Below are positions 42,053 through 49,970 of a stretch of DNA of 64,000 nt, piece after piece (positions within the stretch are counted from its first letter, which is position 1; each line of letters starts with the position of its first letter). Source of the stretch: an uncultured Prevotella sp. (GTDB taxonomy: Bacteria > Bacteroidota > Bacteroidia > Bacteroidales > Bacteroidaceae). The notes below the pieces were generated by a model. It saw only the letters and a list, made by a program, of their open reading frames with translations, made no database searches and was not told where the DNA came from. Position numbers and translations under genes: made by a program. The stretch spans positions 24,758-88,757 of the forward strand of contig USJD01000001.1 in NCBI GenBank assembly GCA_900554835.1, read 5' to 3'.

Positions 42053-43231
42053 AATAACTCCTTCTGCCCCATAGGGCTTTAAGCGTAGGTCGCTACCCTA
42101 ATATATTGAGCTTGTATGCTCATTACTACCACTTATTAAGTGGCACTAATGAACACACAAAAAAGACCCTATTACATGAAGTAACAGAGCCTTATTATTG
42201 TATATTCATTGATAAACATTACCCACCCTACCATATGTAGAGTAGATATAATCCACCCTACCCAACTATGCAAGTATTGTAAACATAGTAATAATGTTTA
42301 TCGGCTGTGTGCTACGGCGTCATTGCCGTTGAAAAGCTACAAGATAGAATTATCACGTAGCAGACCACACTGTGAGCTTGACGGCTTAATTACTGGCATA
42401 GTTGTACCTAATGCAGTTACCCACATCAGCCCGACAGAAGGGTATAGTACCCCCAACTATGTCATAGCTCCACTTATCCAAGGGTATACTACTCCCAAGG
42501 ATAGCACTGTAAATCCTATTTTTTGAGACCCGATTTTCGTCTATTACATGGGGTTTACCCATGCCCAAAATATACCACCTCGAAGTATATGTTTTTGGTT
42601 TGGTCTGTTCAATATTCAATTAGATTTGTCTAAAGTGACAGAACATTAACCGATTATCGCTAGAACCTCAGCCATTTTTGCCCTGTCCCTTGGGACACTC
42701 TTATAATACAACGGACACACTAAAAAGTCAAACAAATAGTTATTTGTACGGGGGTACATAAAACCGGTCAAACCATTGAAAATACACGCTTTTTTGAAAG
42801 GTCATTGTTCCATACACTGACTGAAAATAGCGCATAATGCTTAATAAAATGTAAGAAAACAATAATTCATCTCTTCTGATCCCCTTATTTTTAAAACCCT
42901 AGCAATCCCCTACCATTCTATTCATTCTAACTCCTTCGCCTTTTACTAGTCTTCCCCTACTATTATTCCACCAAAATATACCATATAATTAACCATATCA
43001 ACTGTACTAATACGATTAATACAGTTCAAAATCTCAAGTCATCCCCTCCTATTCCCCATCTTTTAGCCCACAAACGTATCAAAAATCCACCAAATCACCC
43101 ATTTTTCAAACCTCATCTTTAAAAATCCTAGTCTCCATCTACCATCCCCCGGTACATTCAACTAAAAATATACCCTACAACATAACAGAATAACAATCTT
43201 TTGGTTAGCGTCAGCTAAACAAAAAGCAAGA

Positions 43232-43256
43232 GTCCCAATGAAATGGGACGTTTTTA
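43232..43256 (+). terminator. intrinsic terminator (+ strand) inside the non-coding control region
   Basis: GTCCCA-ATGAA-ATGGGAC (outer bases of the AT/AT loop edge may pair) followed by GTTTTTATT. Confidence 0.55.
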
Positions 43257-43380
43257 TTATGAGCAACGCGAATAATAAAACGCGCTAGAAGGTTAAACAA
43301 TATAAGATCAATATATATAACCCTTGCCCCTCTATTAGCCTAGAAAAATGTATGCCCCAACACATACCCTAATTTTTAAA

Positions 43381-43430
43381 CTAAAAGAAAATATATATTA
43401 AAATTTTATTATTAATATTATATTATTAAG
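43381..43430. other. AT-rich tract (3 G/C in 50 nt), candidate DNA-unwinding element
   Basis: CTAAAAGAAAATATATATTAAAATTTTATTATTAATATTATATTATTAAG directly precedes the iterons. Confidence 0.4.
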
Positions 43431-43435
43431 CGTTA

Positions 43436-43588
43436 TCATTTTGAGACATAAAAAGTCTCTTTTTGAGACATATGTAGTGTCATTTTGAGACATTCTCATT
43501 TTGAGACATTATATCTCTTTTTGACACATAAAGTATCATTTTGAGACAAGTAGTCTCTTTTTTAATATAGTCGTATCTTTTTGACACA
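43436..43588 (+). repeat. eight direct iterons, consensus TC(A/T)(T/C)TTTTGA(G/C)ACA
   Basis: Copies start at 43436, 43456, 43480, 43496, 43514, 43536, 43554 (degenerate) and 43574; spacing 16-24 bp; all in the same orientation. Confidence 0.7.
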
Positions 43589-43595
43589 AAACCTC

Positions 43596-43643
43596 TTGAC
43601 AAATTAATCTTTATATGCTATATTAGCTACAGTACAAAATTAA
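43596..43643 (+). promoter_or_regulatory. rightward sigmaA-type promoter (CTCTTGACAAAT-17-TATATT) followed by motif ACAGTACAAAATTAA
   Basis: -35 at 43596-43601, -10 at 43619-43624, motif at 43629-43643, then GGGAGG and the TTG start at 43663. Confidence 0.65.
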
Positions 43644-43662
43644 AGCGAAGGGAGGCTAAGTT

Positions 43663-43968
43663 TTGGCAAAAAACATTACCATTCATAAGAATATAAAAAG
43701 TGCGGATATGCCATATTGTATGGTAGACAACGAAGAATTAAATAACGCTATGATATCTTTAACTGGGGCAGGATTTAAACTTTATATATATTTGTGTAAA
43801 AATCAAGACTCAGTTACATGGTTACTACGGGAAAAACATGTTTTAGATTTCACTGGCCTATCTCGTAGCGCTTATTATAGAGCTATGAATGAACTTAAAG
43901 AGCAAGGTTATATTATTGAAAGTGAAGACAAAATTGATTTTTATGAAACATCACAGGAGGAATTATGA
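43663..43968 (+). CDS. winged-helix DNA-binding protein (candidate iteron-binding initiator/regulator)
   Basis: 101 aa, TTG start; LSRSAYYRAMNELKEQGYII is a typical wHTH recognition helix plus wing. Confidence 0.5.
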   Translation: MAKNITIHKNIKSADMPYCMVDNEELNNAMISLTGAGFKLYIYLCKNQDSVTWLLREKHVLDFTGLSRSAYYRAMNELKEQGYIIESEDKIDFYETSQEEL

Positions 43969-44351
43969 ATAGAAAATATTTAGATGACATTGGCGTAACT
44001 GATCGCCCAGACACATGGGAATTCAATGATGGTCGAGAAGAGAAATGGGCGCTACAAAGAAAAGAATATGGGTTTGATAGTCGTGAAACTTGGGATCTTA
44101 ACTATAGTTGGCATCTATGGCTATATGAAAGACTTAAAATGTTTGTTGATATAACTAACATCGACTTAGACTTCCATAAGTTTAAATTTAAAGAAAAAGA
44201 ATATACACAGCAAGAAATGATAGACCTCATGCTAGAACGTCTTAAATTTAGCTTCTCAGAAGAATATAATGATTGGGACGAAGAACAAGTTGAGTATGTG
44301 TGTGAGATTGAGGAAATTTGGGCTATAGTGTGCTTTGCTATGTGGTGGTAA
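43965..44351 (+). CDS. hypothetical protein (128 aa)
   Basis: ORF track; CAGGAGG RBS. Confidence 0.55.
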   Translation: MNRKYLDDIGVTDRPDTWEFNDGREEKWALQRKEYGFDSRETWDLNYSWHLWLYERLKMFVDITNIDLDFHKFKFKEKEYTQQEMIDLMLERLKFSFSEEYNDWDEEQVEYVCEIEEIWAIVCFAMWW

Positions 44352-44364
44352 GGAGGAATTATAA

Positions 44365-44547
44365 ATGAAAGTTAAGATAATCACTTTATATGATAAGTAT
44401 GAATTTGAAAAGAGTATTAATAATCAGCTAAGAAATTATAACTCTTCAGATATTATTGACATCAAGTTTTCTACTGTTGCAACGACATATCACATAACCT
44501 ATACTGCTATGATAATAATTAAAACGGAGGAAGAAGATGAGATTTAA
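44365..44547 (+). CDS. hypothetical protein (60 aa)
   Basis: ORF track; AAGGAGG RBS. Confidence 0.5.
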   Translation: MKVKIITLYDKYEFEKSINNQLRNYNSSDIIDIKFSTVATTYHITYTAMIIIKTEEEDEI

Positions 44548-44716
44548 GTATAAAAGCAATAAACCAATGTTCACTATTCTCCCCCATGAATGCATTAACT
44601 GTGGAGATTGGATTTGGTTAGATAAGATGGTAAGACATAAGAACTCTTATGGTGACATATTCTACTATTGCAAAGACTGCGCTAAAACTAGATTAATTAG
44701 GGAGGCAAATAAATGA
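44537..44716 (+). CDS. small zinc-ribbon protein (59 aa; not in ORF track)
   Basis: Own translation MRFKYKSNKPMFTILPHECINCGDWIW..YYCKDCAK..; ACGGAGGAAG RBS. Confidence 0.45.
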   Translation: MRFKYKSNKPMFTILPHECINCGDWIWLDKMVRHKNSYGDIFYYCKDCAKTRLIREANK

Positions 44717-44928
44717 CACGTAAGAAATTTATTAAACTTTGTATGGCTAATTTTGGCTATTCCCGCAATGAGGCTGAGGAATCGGCTAGTCATATTGTTG
44801 AACTAAATAAGAATTATATTGCATCATATGAAGAAAGATATAATTTTATATTAAAACTTCGTCAGTCAAGGGAGCCGTTTGAATCATGTACTTTGTATGA
44901 TAACGGAAAATGTATCGAGGTGATGTAA
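44713..44928 (+). CDS. hypothetical protein (71 aa)
   Basis: ORF track; GGGAGG RBS. Confidence 0.5.
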   Translation: MTRKKFIKLCMANFGYSRNEAEESASHIVELNKNYIASYEERYNFILKLRQSREPFESCTLYDNGKCIEVM

Positions 44929-45078
44929 ATGGAAAATAGACATTGTAGCGCTTGTGGTAAAAAGCTACCTGATTGGTCTGAGTCGGGTAAATGCTTTGAA
45001 TGTATAGAACAAGCTTTGGCTCAACTTTTTAAGAAAGAAACTAAACGAAAGAAGGAAAAGAATAATGCAGACACCTAA
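44929..45078 (+). CDS. small zinc-ribbon protein (49 aa; not in ORF track)
   Basis: Own translation MENRHCSACGKKLPDWSESGKCFECIEQ.. Confidence 0.4.
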   Translation: MENRHCSACGKKLPDWSESGKCFECIEQALAQLFKKETKRKKEKNNADT

Positions 45079-45298
45079 TGCGGTTGCCGAAGATATTATA
45101 AAGATTATTTATGATATATATTATGGTCAAGATGAGGAAGCAATTCAGTTTCGTGTACGTTATGGAGCTAATGGTGCAGTGAATAAAATTATTCGTACAA
45201 TACGAGAAAAGTATGGTGTAGAGCCTAAATCTAACGCCTACCCTCTTGACAAATCTGAAAAATCTGATATAATAACACTAGAAACAATACAAAATTAA
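45065..45298 (+). CDS. hypothetical protein (77 aa)
   Basis: ORF track; its 3' end contains a promoter and the 15-nt motif (..LETIQN-stop). Confidence 0.5.
   Translation: MQTPNAVAEDIIKIIYDIYYGQDEEAIQFRVRYGANGAVNKIIRTIREKYGVEPKSNAYPLDKSEKSDIITLETIQN
45246..45298 (+). promoter_or_regulatory. sigmaA-type promoter (CTCTTGACAAAT-16-TATAAT) followed by motif ACAATACAAAATTAA
   Basis: -35 at 45246-45251, -10 at 45268-45273, motif at 45284-45298, then GGAGG and the ATG at 45312. Confidence 0.6.
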
Positions 45299-45311
45299 TG
45301 GAGGTATTAAA

Positions 45312-45578
45312 ATGAACTTTGCAAAAAGTATTTTTGTAATTACCAAGCACCCTGATAAAGACGAAGATATTCTCGCTGACGCTAAGAATCTTATGGATTT
45401 TGCTAATGCTCATGATATTAGTGTGGAGCTGGCTTATAATGGGAGTTGGAATTTAATTTGTACAGTGGATGTCGAGGGGAAGACCTCGATGTATTGTAGA
45501 GGCTGTGTAGCTGAAATTAAGAATATGTTAGAAGAAGCTTTTAATTGCAAACTGAAAACCTTACTAACTGCTTATTAA
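45312..45578 (+). CDS. hypothetical protein (88 aa)
   Basis: ORF track. Confidence 0.55.
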   Translation: MNFAKSIFVITKHPDKDEDILADAKNLMDFANAHDISVELAYNGSWNLICTVDVEGKTSMYCRGCVAEIKNMLEEAFNCKLKTLLTAY

Positions 45579-45588
45579 GGAGAAGTCA

Positions 45589-46041
45589 ATGAAAAGAACT
45601 AATAATTTATCTTGGGGCCTATTTAATTTTCGTGGTCGTTATTTTTGGCGCAATATAAAAGATATACCAATTTTTATTAAGCGTATTTTCTTTACGCTTC
45701 AACATGGATATGCCCCTCAAGCTCAGTGGGAAACTTACCAATGGTTTATAGATACAATGCATGAAATTTTACTTTGGCATCGGCATCATCGCATGGGGAC
45801 GGGCTATATTCTTGATGAACCGCCTGAGTTTGATAATGACGAACAGTCTAAGCGCAGCATAAAGGTTTATAATGATGGACTTGATAGAATGCTTGAACTT
45901 CTTGTTCTAATGGATGAAAGAAATGACATGTATGATAACTTCGAGCCAGATGATTGGAAAAAGATATATGAGATGCGCGAAATGGCTAGTGAAGAATTTT
46001 TTAAACTATTTAAAAAGTATTTCTATTATTTATGGGACTGA
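45589..46041 (+). CDS. hypothetical protein (150 aa)
   Basis: ORF track; AAGGAG RBS. Confidence 0.55.
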   Translation: MKRTNNLSWGLFNFRGRYFWRNIKDIPIFIKRIFFTLQHGYAPQAQWETYQWFIDTMHEILLWHRHHRMGTGYILDEPPEFDNDEQSKRSIKVYNDGLDRMLELLVLMDERNDMYDNFEPDDWKKIYEMREMASEEFFKLFKKYFYYLWD

Positions 46042-46053
46042 GAGGGGGATAAT

Positions 46054-46227
46054 ATGACTGAGAAAGATCTTATTATTCAGGAGTTGCGCAGAAAGAATAA
46101 ATATCAAGCTTATGTGATTCGTAGATTGGTTCTCGATGCGAACCCTTGCCGTTTTTGCAAAAAAGATTGCAATAGTGGACGGGGATGTGAAGAGTTTGAG
46201 TTAAAAGAGGGAAGACTATGCTTTTAG
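46054..46227 (+). CDS. small hypothetical protein (57 aa; not in ORF track)
   Basis: Own translation MTEKDLIIQELRRKNKYQAYVIRRLVLDANPCRFCKKDCNSGRGCEEF..; GAGGGGG RBS. Confidence 0.4.
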   Translation: MTEKDLIIQELRRKNKYQAYVIRRLVLDANPCRFCKKDCNSGRGCEEFELKEGRLCF

Positions 46228-46655
46228 AGTTTTTAATTGCTTTGTTGGTAACAGGGAGCATACTGTATGGAGTATGGTGGTTTACATGGTGGATAGAATT
46301 GGAAGAAGATACATATAAATTTTCTTTTAAGCAATTTTATTCATTTTATACTATTTCGCCTAATAAATGGTATTTAGGCGATAAGCATGTTAGCTTGCGT
46401 ATTACGGGGCAACTTATTGGTGAAACATATGAATTTCGTTCTTTTATTGATTGTTTAAGATATAAACGCTTTAGAAGAAAGGTTGAGAAAAATCAAGAGC
46501 AACAAAAGGCGATGCGGTCTCAGCAGAAGCTCATTGATGAAATGAAAAAGGTCATTGCTGAAGAAGAAAGAAAAAATCAGCAGTGGACACAAGATAAGCT
46601 CCACTCAAACCACGAATGGAGACAGGATAAGTTAAAATCCAATAGTGACTATTGA
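46218..46655 (+). CDS. hypothetical membrane-anchored protein (145 aa)
   Basis: ORF track; hydrophobic N-terminus, basic coiled C-terminus. Confidence 0.55.
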   Translation: MLLEFLIALLVTGSILYGVWWFTWWIELEEDTYKFSFKQFYSFYTISPNKWYLGDKHVSLRITGQLIGETYEFRSFIDCLRYKRFRRKVEKNQEQQKAMRSQQKLIDEMKKVIAEEERKNQQWTQDKLHSNHEWRQDKLKSNSDY

Positions 46656-46764
46656 AAAACGGCGTGAATTTCGCACCCAATTCTTTAAGCAAGGCAATTT
46701 CATTAGGAACATATAAAATTAAAAATAGCTTCAAAAAATCAATAGAATACAATAGGAGGCATTT

Positions 46765-47061
46765 ATGGTAGAACTAAAAGAAACATGTATGGAGTGTACT
46801 AATGATAGAAATATAGCTACCTTTTGTTCTAATGAGCAAAAATGGATTAATAAGATTTATAAATTAGCAGAAAAGCATCAGAATGAGGTTCAGATTATGA
46901 AAAAGCCAGAAGACAATGATGGGTATATATTGGTGCATGTACCTAAGAGCTGGATGAAGCTCTCCCCTCCTAAACAGGTTAATTATACTGATGAGCAGAG
47001 GGCGGCACTTGCAGAACGTATGTCGATGGCTCGACAGAAAGCTAAGGAGGGCAATAGATGA
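46765..47061 (+). CDS. hypothetical protein (98 aa)
   Basis: ORF track; TAGGAGG RBS. Confidence 0.55.
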   Translation: MVELKETCMECTNDRNIATFCSNEQKWINKIYKLAEKHQNEVQIMKKPEDNDGYILVHVPKSWMKLSPPKQVNYTDEQRAALAERMSMARQKAKEGNR

Positions 47062-47576
47062 GTAAGCTAATAGTTATGACTGGCCCGTGTTGTGTGGGTA
47101 AGTCAGAGTTCGTTCGCCAGATGGAAAAGCGTGGCGAGCTTGAAGGATATGACATCGTTTGCCCTGAAGACTTTTATGAACTCTTAAATGGCAGTGCGAG
47201 TGACCGTTTCAATAGAGATGCCATCTGGCTTCAGATTTGGTGCCATATTATGGGGAATATGACGGTGGGTGTCAATACAATTGTTGATGCCAATGCGCCG
47301 ACTGAGTGTTCGCGCACACAGTACCTTGAGTGGTTCCGCGACTTTGATGAGCATATTCTTATTCAGATAGATACTAATTATGACATTCTGGAGAAAAACA
47401 ACAAGAAGCGTATTGAACGGCAGCTTTCAGATGCGGAGCTTCTCAAACAGTTTCGTAATTATGAGAGTCCGTGTTATGATAGGCATCTTCTTGACTGGGA
47501 TGAATATAGACATTTTCATAGTGATGGTATGGGTAATTTTACTATCATTGATGGTTGGATGAAAGGAGAGTTCTAA
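47058..47576 (+). CDS. P-loop kinase-like ATP-binding protein
   Basis: 172 aa; Walker A MTGPCCVGKS at the N-terminus; size typical of nucleotide/polynucleotide kinase-like folds. Confidence 0.5.
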   Translation: MSKLIVMTGPCCVGKSEFVRQMEKRGELEGYDIVCPEDFYELLNGSASDRFNRDAIWLQIWCHIMGNMTVGVNTIVDANAPTECSRTQYLEWFRDFDEHILIQIDTNYDILEKNNKKRIERQLSDAELLKQFRNYESPCYDRHLLDWDEYRHFHSDGMGNFTIIDGWMKGEF

Positions 47577-47695
47577 TGATTGAGAAAATAGACGGCTCTT
47601 TGGTTTGTAATGGAGATGACGATGATGTATCTAATCCTTGCTGGGAATGTAAATATTTTGTGTTCCCAATTGGTTGTATGAAAGGAGAAGAATAA
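47576..47695 (+). CDS. small hypothetical Cys-containing protein (39 aa; not in ORF track)
   Basis: Own translation MIEKIDGSLVCNGDDDDVSNPCWECKYFVFPIGCMKGEE fills the gap exactly. Confidence 0.35.
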   Translation: MIEKIDGSLVCNGDDDDVSNPCWECKYFVFPIGCMKGEE

Positions 47696-48415
47696 ATGAA
47701 TATACAGATTTCTGCACCGTATCAGCCTTGCGTGTATCATTGCCCTTTCTGTGTGGCGCGTGGGCATAAGCATGAGTATAAGTTTGATGACCTTTATGGC
47801 ACTGATGAGCAGCGCTATTTCAAAAAGCTTCGTGATTTTCTTATTGAGTACAGCAAGAAGATTGACGGATATCCGACTGTTATAATTACAGGAGAGTGCG
47901 ACCCGTCCCAGAATATGCGATGGGCAACTAAAGTAGCCAATGAGTGTTCTGATCTTGGGTGCAAGGTAGAATTTCAGACTCATAATCTATCGTTGAAGGA
48001 GCGGGATCTTCCTCGTTCAATTAAAGTGCTCAGTTATTCAATTACGAATCCTCGTGAATATCTAAGTGCGTGGCGTTATACTAAGCCTACTTGGTGTACT
48101 AATCGAATGGTAATGATATTGCGCGATGGCTTTGGATTCCTCAATAAGGATAATTTCTCCCCTATGGGGTTTGATCAGGTTACGTTTAAGGCATTGAATG
48201 AGGGAGAAGATGATAGAATAAATGCTTGGATTGCTAATCATCGTCCCGGTAATATAGATAATTTTTATGAAATTATGGAAAGTCGTAATGGTAGTACTCT
48301 CTCTGTTAGAGTAGATACCACGTGTCAGCAGGCTGAGGGACGTTATTATGTTTTTCGTAGTGATGGTAAAGTATATGAGAGCTGGGAAGCTGCGGAACCA
48401 ATAGGAGGTATGTAA
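47696..48415 (+). CDS. radical SAM enzyme (small, single-cluster type)
   Basis: 239 aa; canonical CxxxCxxC at the N-terminus (PCVYHCPFC); ITGECDPS and FQTHN resemble the GGEP / TNG motifs of QueE/activase-type members. Confidence 0.6.
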   Translation: MNIQISAPYQPCVYHCPFCVARGHKHEYKFDDLYGTDEQRYFKKLRDFLIEYSKKIDGYPTVIITGECDPSQNMRWATKVANECSDLGCKVEFQTHNLSLKERDLPRSIKVLSYSITNPREYLSAWRYTKPTWCTNRMVMILRDGFGFLNKDNFSPMGFDQVTFKALNEGEDDRINAWIANHRPGNIDNFYEIMESRNGSTLSVRVDTTCQQAEGRYYVFRSDGKVYESWEAAEPIGGM

Positions 48416-48416
48416 G

Positions 48417-48806
48417 ATGTATGATTTTTGTAGACATTGTGAGTGGATTAGCAAACCTTATTGGAGTATTGTAAGTCCATGCCAAAGTTGTCCAAATAAT
48501 ATGATTGGGACTTATCGTTGCAATACTGTAACAACGACTGGTGGAAAAACAGTTACTATACATTCTGGTAAGAATACAGGGGATGTGTTTGTGACTGGAT
48601 TGGATGCAAATCTGCCTACTGAGGAAGAATATCGTAAATTTGCTGAGGACACGCTTCAGCAAAAAGAATGGTCTGAACCAAAGTATATTTGCCCTGAATG
48701 TGGTGGGGGTATGTGTCGTAATGAGATGTATGAACTTGCTTCCTATCTTCCTAAATATCAATATCAGTGCAACAAGTGTGGACATATAGATTATCAGTAT
48801 ATTTGA
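48417..48806 (+). CDS. hypothetical zinc-ribbon protein (129 aa)
   Basis: ORF track; CRHC, CQSC, CPECG..C, CNKCG. Confidence 0.55.
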   Translation: MYDFCRHCEWISKPYWSIVSPCQSCPNNMIGTYRCNTVTTTGGKTVTIHSGKNTGDVFVTGLDANLPTEEEYRKFAEDTLQQKEWSEPKYICPECGGGMCRNEMYELASYLPKYQYQCNKCGHIDYQYI

Positions 48807-48814
48807 GGTGCAAT

Positions 48815-49171
48815 ATGAATCAAAGAAATTGTCCAAATTGTGGGGCCCCATATGACATTGAATTAAATAAGTGCCCATATTGTGGAACTAGTTATTATGA
48901 TTTATCTGCTCTTGATATAGATGCTCAGGAACCATTTTATTTGAAAATTAAAAGTAATATTAATGGCATGCCTTGTTATATTACACAGCTTGTTAGACCT
49001 ATGCGAGATATGAATATGGAATTTAGTATGGAGACTACAAATGTAATAGGGATGGGTGGAAGTCGGCTTTGTTCATTTGTACAGAACCAGACTTTGACAA
49101 CAAACATTAGCTTTCAGGCAATCCCATCAGGTGAAAATAAAGAGTTATGCATAATTGAGGTGATGGAATGA
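48815..49171 (+). CDS. hypothetical protein with N-terminal zinc ribbon (start trimmed)
   Basis: ORF 48767..49171 trimmed to MNQRNCPNCGAPY..CPYCG after GAGGTG. Confidence 0.55.
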   Translation: MNQRNCPNCGAPYDIELNKCPYCGTSYYDLSALDIDAQEPFYLKIKSNINGMPCYITQLVRPMRDMNMEFSMETTNVIGMGGSRLCSFVQNQTLTTNISFQAIPSGENKELCIIEVME

Positions 49172-49323
49172 GAGTTATTTCAAAGAATGCATTGATGCAA
49201 CAACTTACTCAAAGTTCTGGGGAATATGTGAGTAAAACAAAATTATTATATTGGTTTGCAACATTTGGATATGACGTTGATATAAAGGAGGAGCCACAAA
49301 ATGGAGAAAAATCACATGAATGA
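49168..49323 (+). CDS. small hypothetical protein (51 aa; not in ORF track)
   Basis: Own translation MRVISKNALMQQLTQSSGEYVSKTKLLYWFATFGYDV..; ATGA overlap with the upstream gene. Confidence 0.35.
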   Translation: MRVISKNALMQQLTQSSGEYVSKTKLLYWFATFGYDVDIKEEPQNGEKSHE

Positions 49324-49681
49324 AATTGCTGTATTATTAGGCATAGAGCTTGATGAAGAATTCATAATAGAGGATTACGGTACTTATGTATTGACTTGGA
49401 AAGGGCTTATGCGAAAAGATGGGGCTGTACAAGGGTTGATACTTACTTTGTTACTTACTGGAGAGCTAAAAATTAGGCGTAAGCCTTGGAAACCTATAAA
49501 ATATGGTGCATATTATTATGTTGCCGAAGATGGACTGACGTGGGAAGAAGAGTGGATCAATAATGATGTAGACCGGATGAGATATAAGCTTGGTAATTGC
49601 TATCGTACTATAAAAGAGGCAGAAGCGAATATAAACAAGTGGAGTGCTTTTTATGCTTCAGATAAGCAAATTGAAATATGA
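49301..49681 (+). CDS. hypothetical protein (126 aa)
   Basis: ORF track; AAGGAGGAG RBS. Confidence 0.55.
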   Translation: MEKNHMNEIAVLLGIELDEEFIIEDYGTYVLTWKGLMRKDGAVQGLILTLLLTGELKIRRKPWKPIKYGAYYYVAEDGLTWEEEWINNDVDRMRYKLGNCYRTIKEAEANINKWSAFYASDKQIEI

Positions 49682-49692
49682 GGTGATCACTT

Positions 49693-49935
49693 ATGTATGT
49701 ATGTTTAGATTGTCAAAAGACATTTGAAACCCCTAAATATTGGATGGACAAACATGGTTTGGACTCTCCTCCTTATGAAACATGGAGGGGATGCCCTTAT
49801 TGTGGAGGTACTTATGTAGAGGCAATGCTTTGTGATGGCTGTGGAGAACCTATCACAGGAGAATACGTTGAAATATTCCCTGAGCATGAAGTGTATTGTG
49901 AAAATTGTTTTATTATGAAAGATATCGAGGATTGA
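49693..49935 (+). CDS. hypothetical zinc-ribbon protein (80 aa)
   Basis: ORF track; CLDC..CPYCG..CDGCG..CENC. Confidence 0.55.
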   Translation: MYVCLDCQKTFETPKYWMDKHGLDSPPYETWRGCPYCGGTYVEAMLCDGCGEPITGEYVEIFPEHEVYCENCFIMKDIED

Positions 49936-49970
49936 TTATCATACAATCCACAAGATTGGAGTGATGATTA

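Noticed and set aside
41351-42082. 243-aa ORF on the + strand
   Set aside because: This is the antisense shadow of 41366..42052. The - strand ORF has a GAAGGAG RBS and protein-like composition; the + strand ORF has neither.
42100-43660. tRNA genes or ORFs (42209..42526 +, 42386..42619 -) in the large non-coding region
   Set aside because: I found no T-arm (GTTCRAATC) or cloverleaf-compatible segment. The two ORFs overlap each other on opposite strands, lack an RBS and encode low-complexity peptides.
47573-48878. Three - strand ORFs (47573..47983, 48062..48454, 48306..48878)
   Set aside because: They are antisense to the tightly coupled + strand radical SAM/zinc-ribbon genes, are hydrophobic junk-like peptides and have no RBS.
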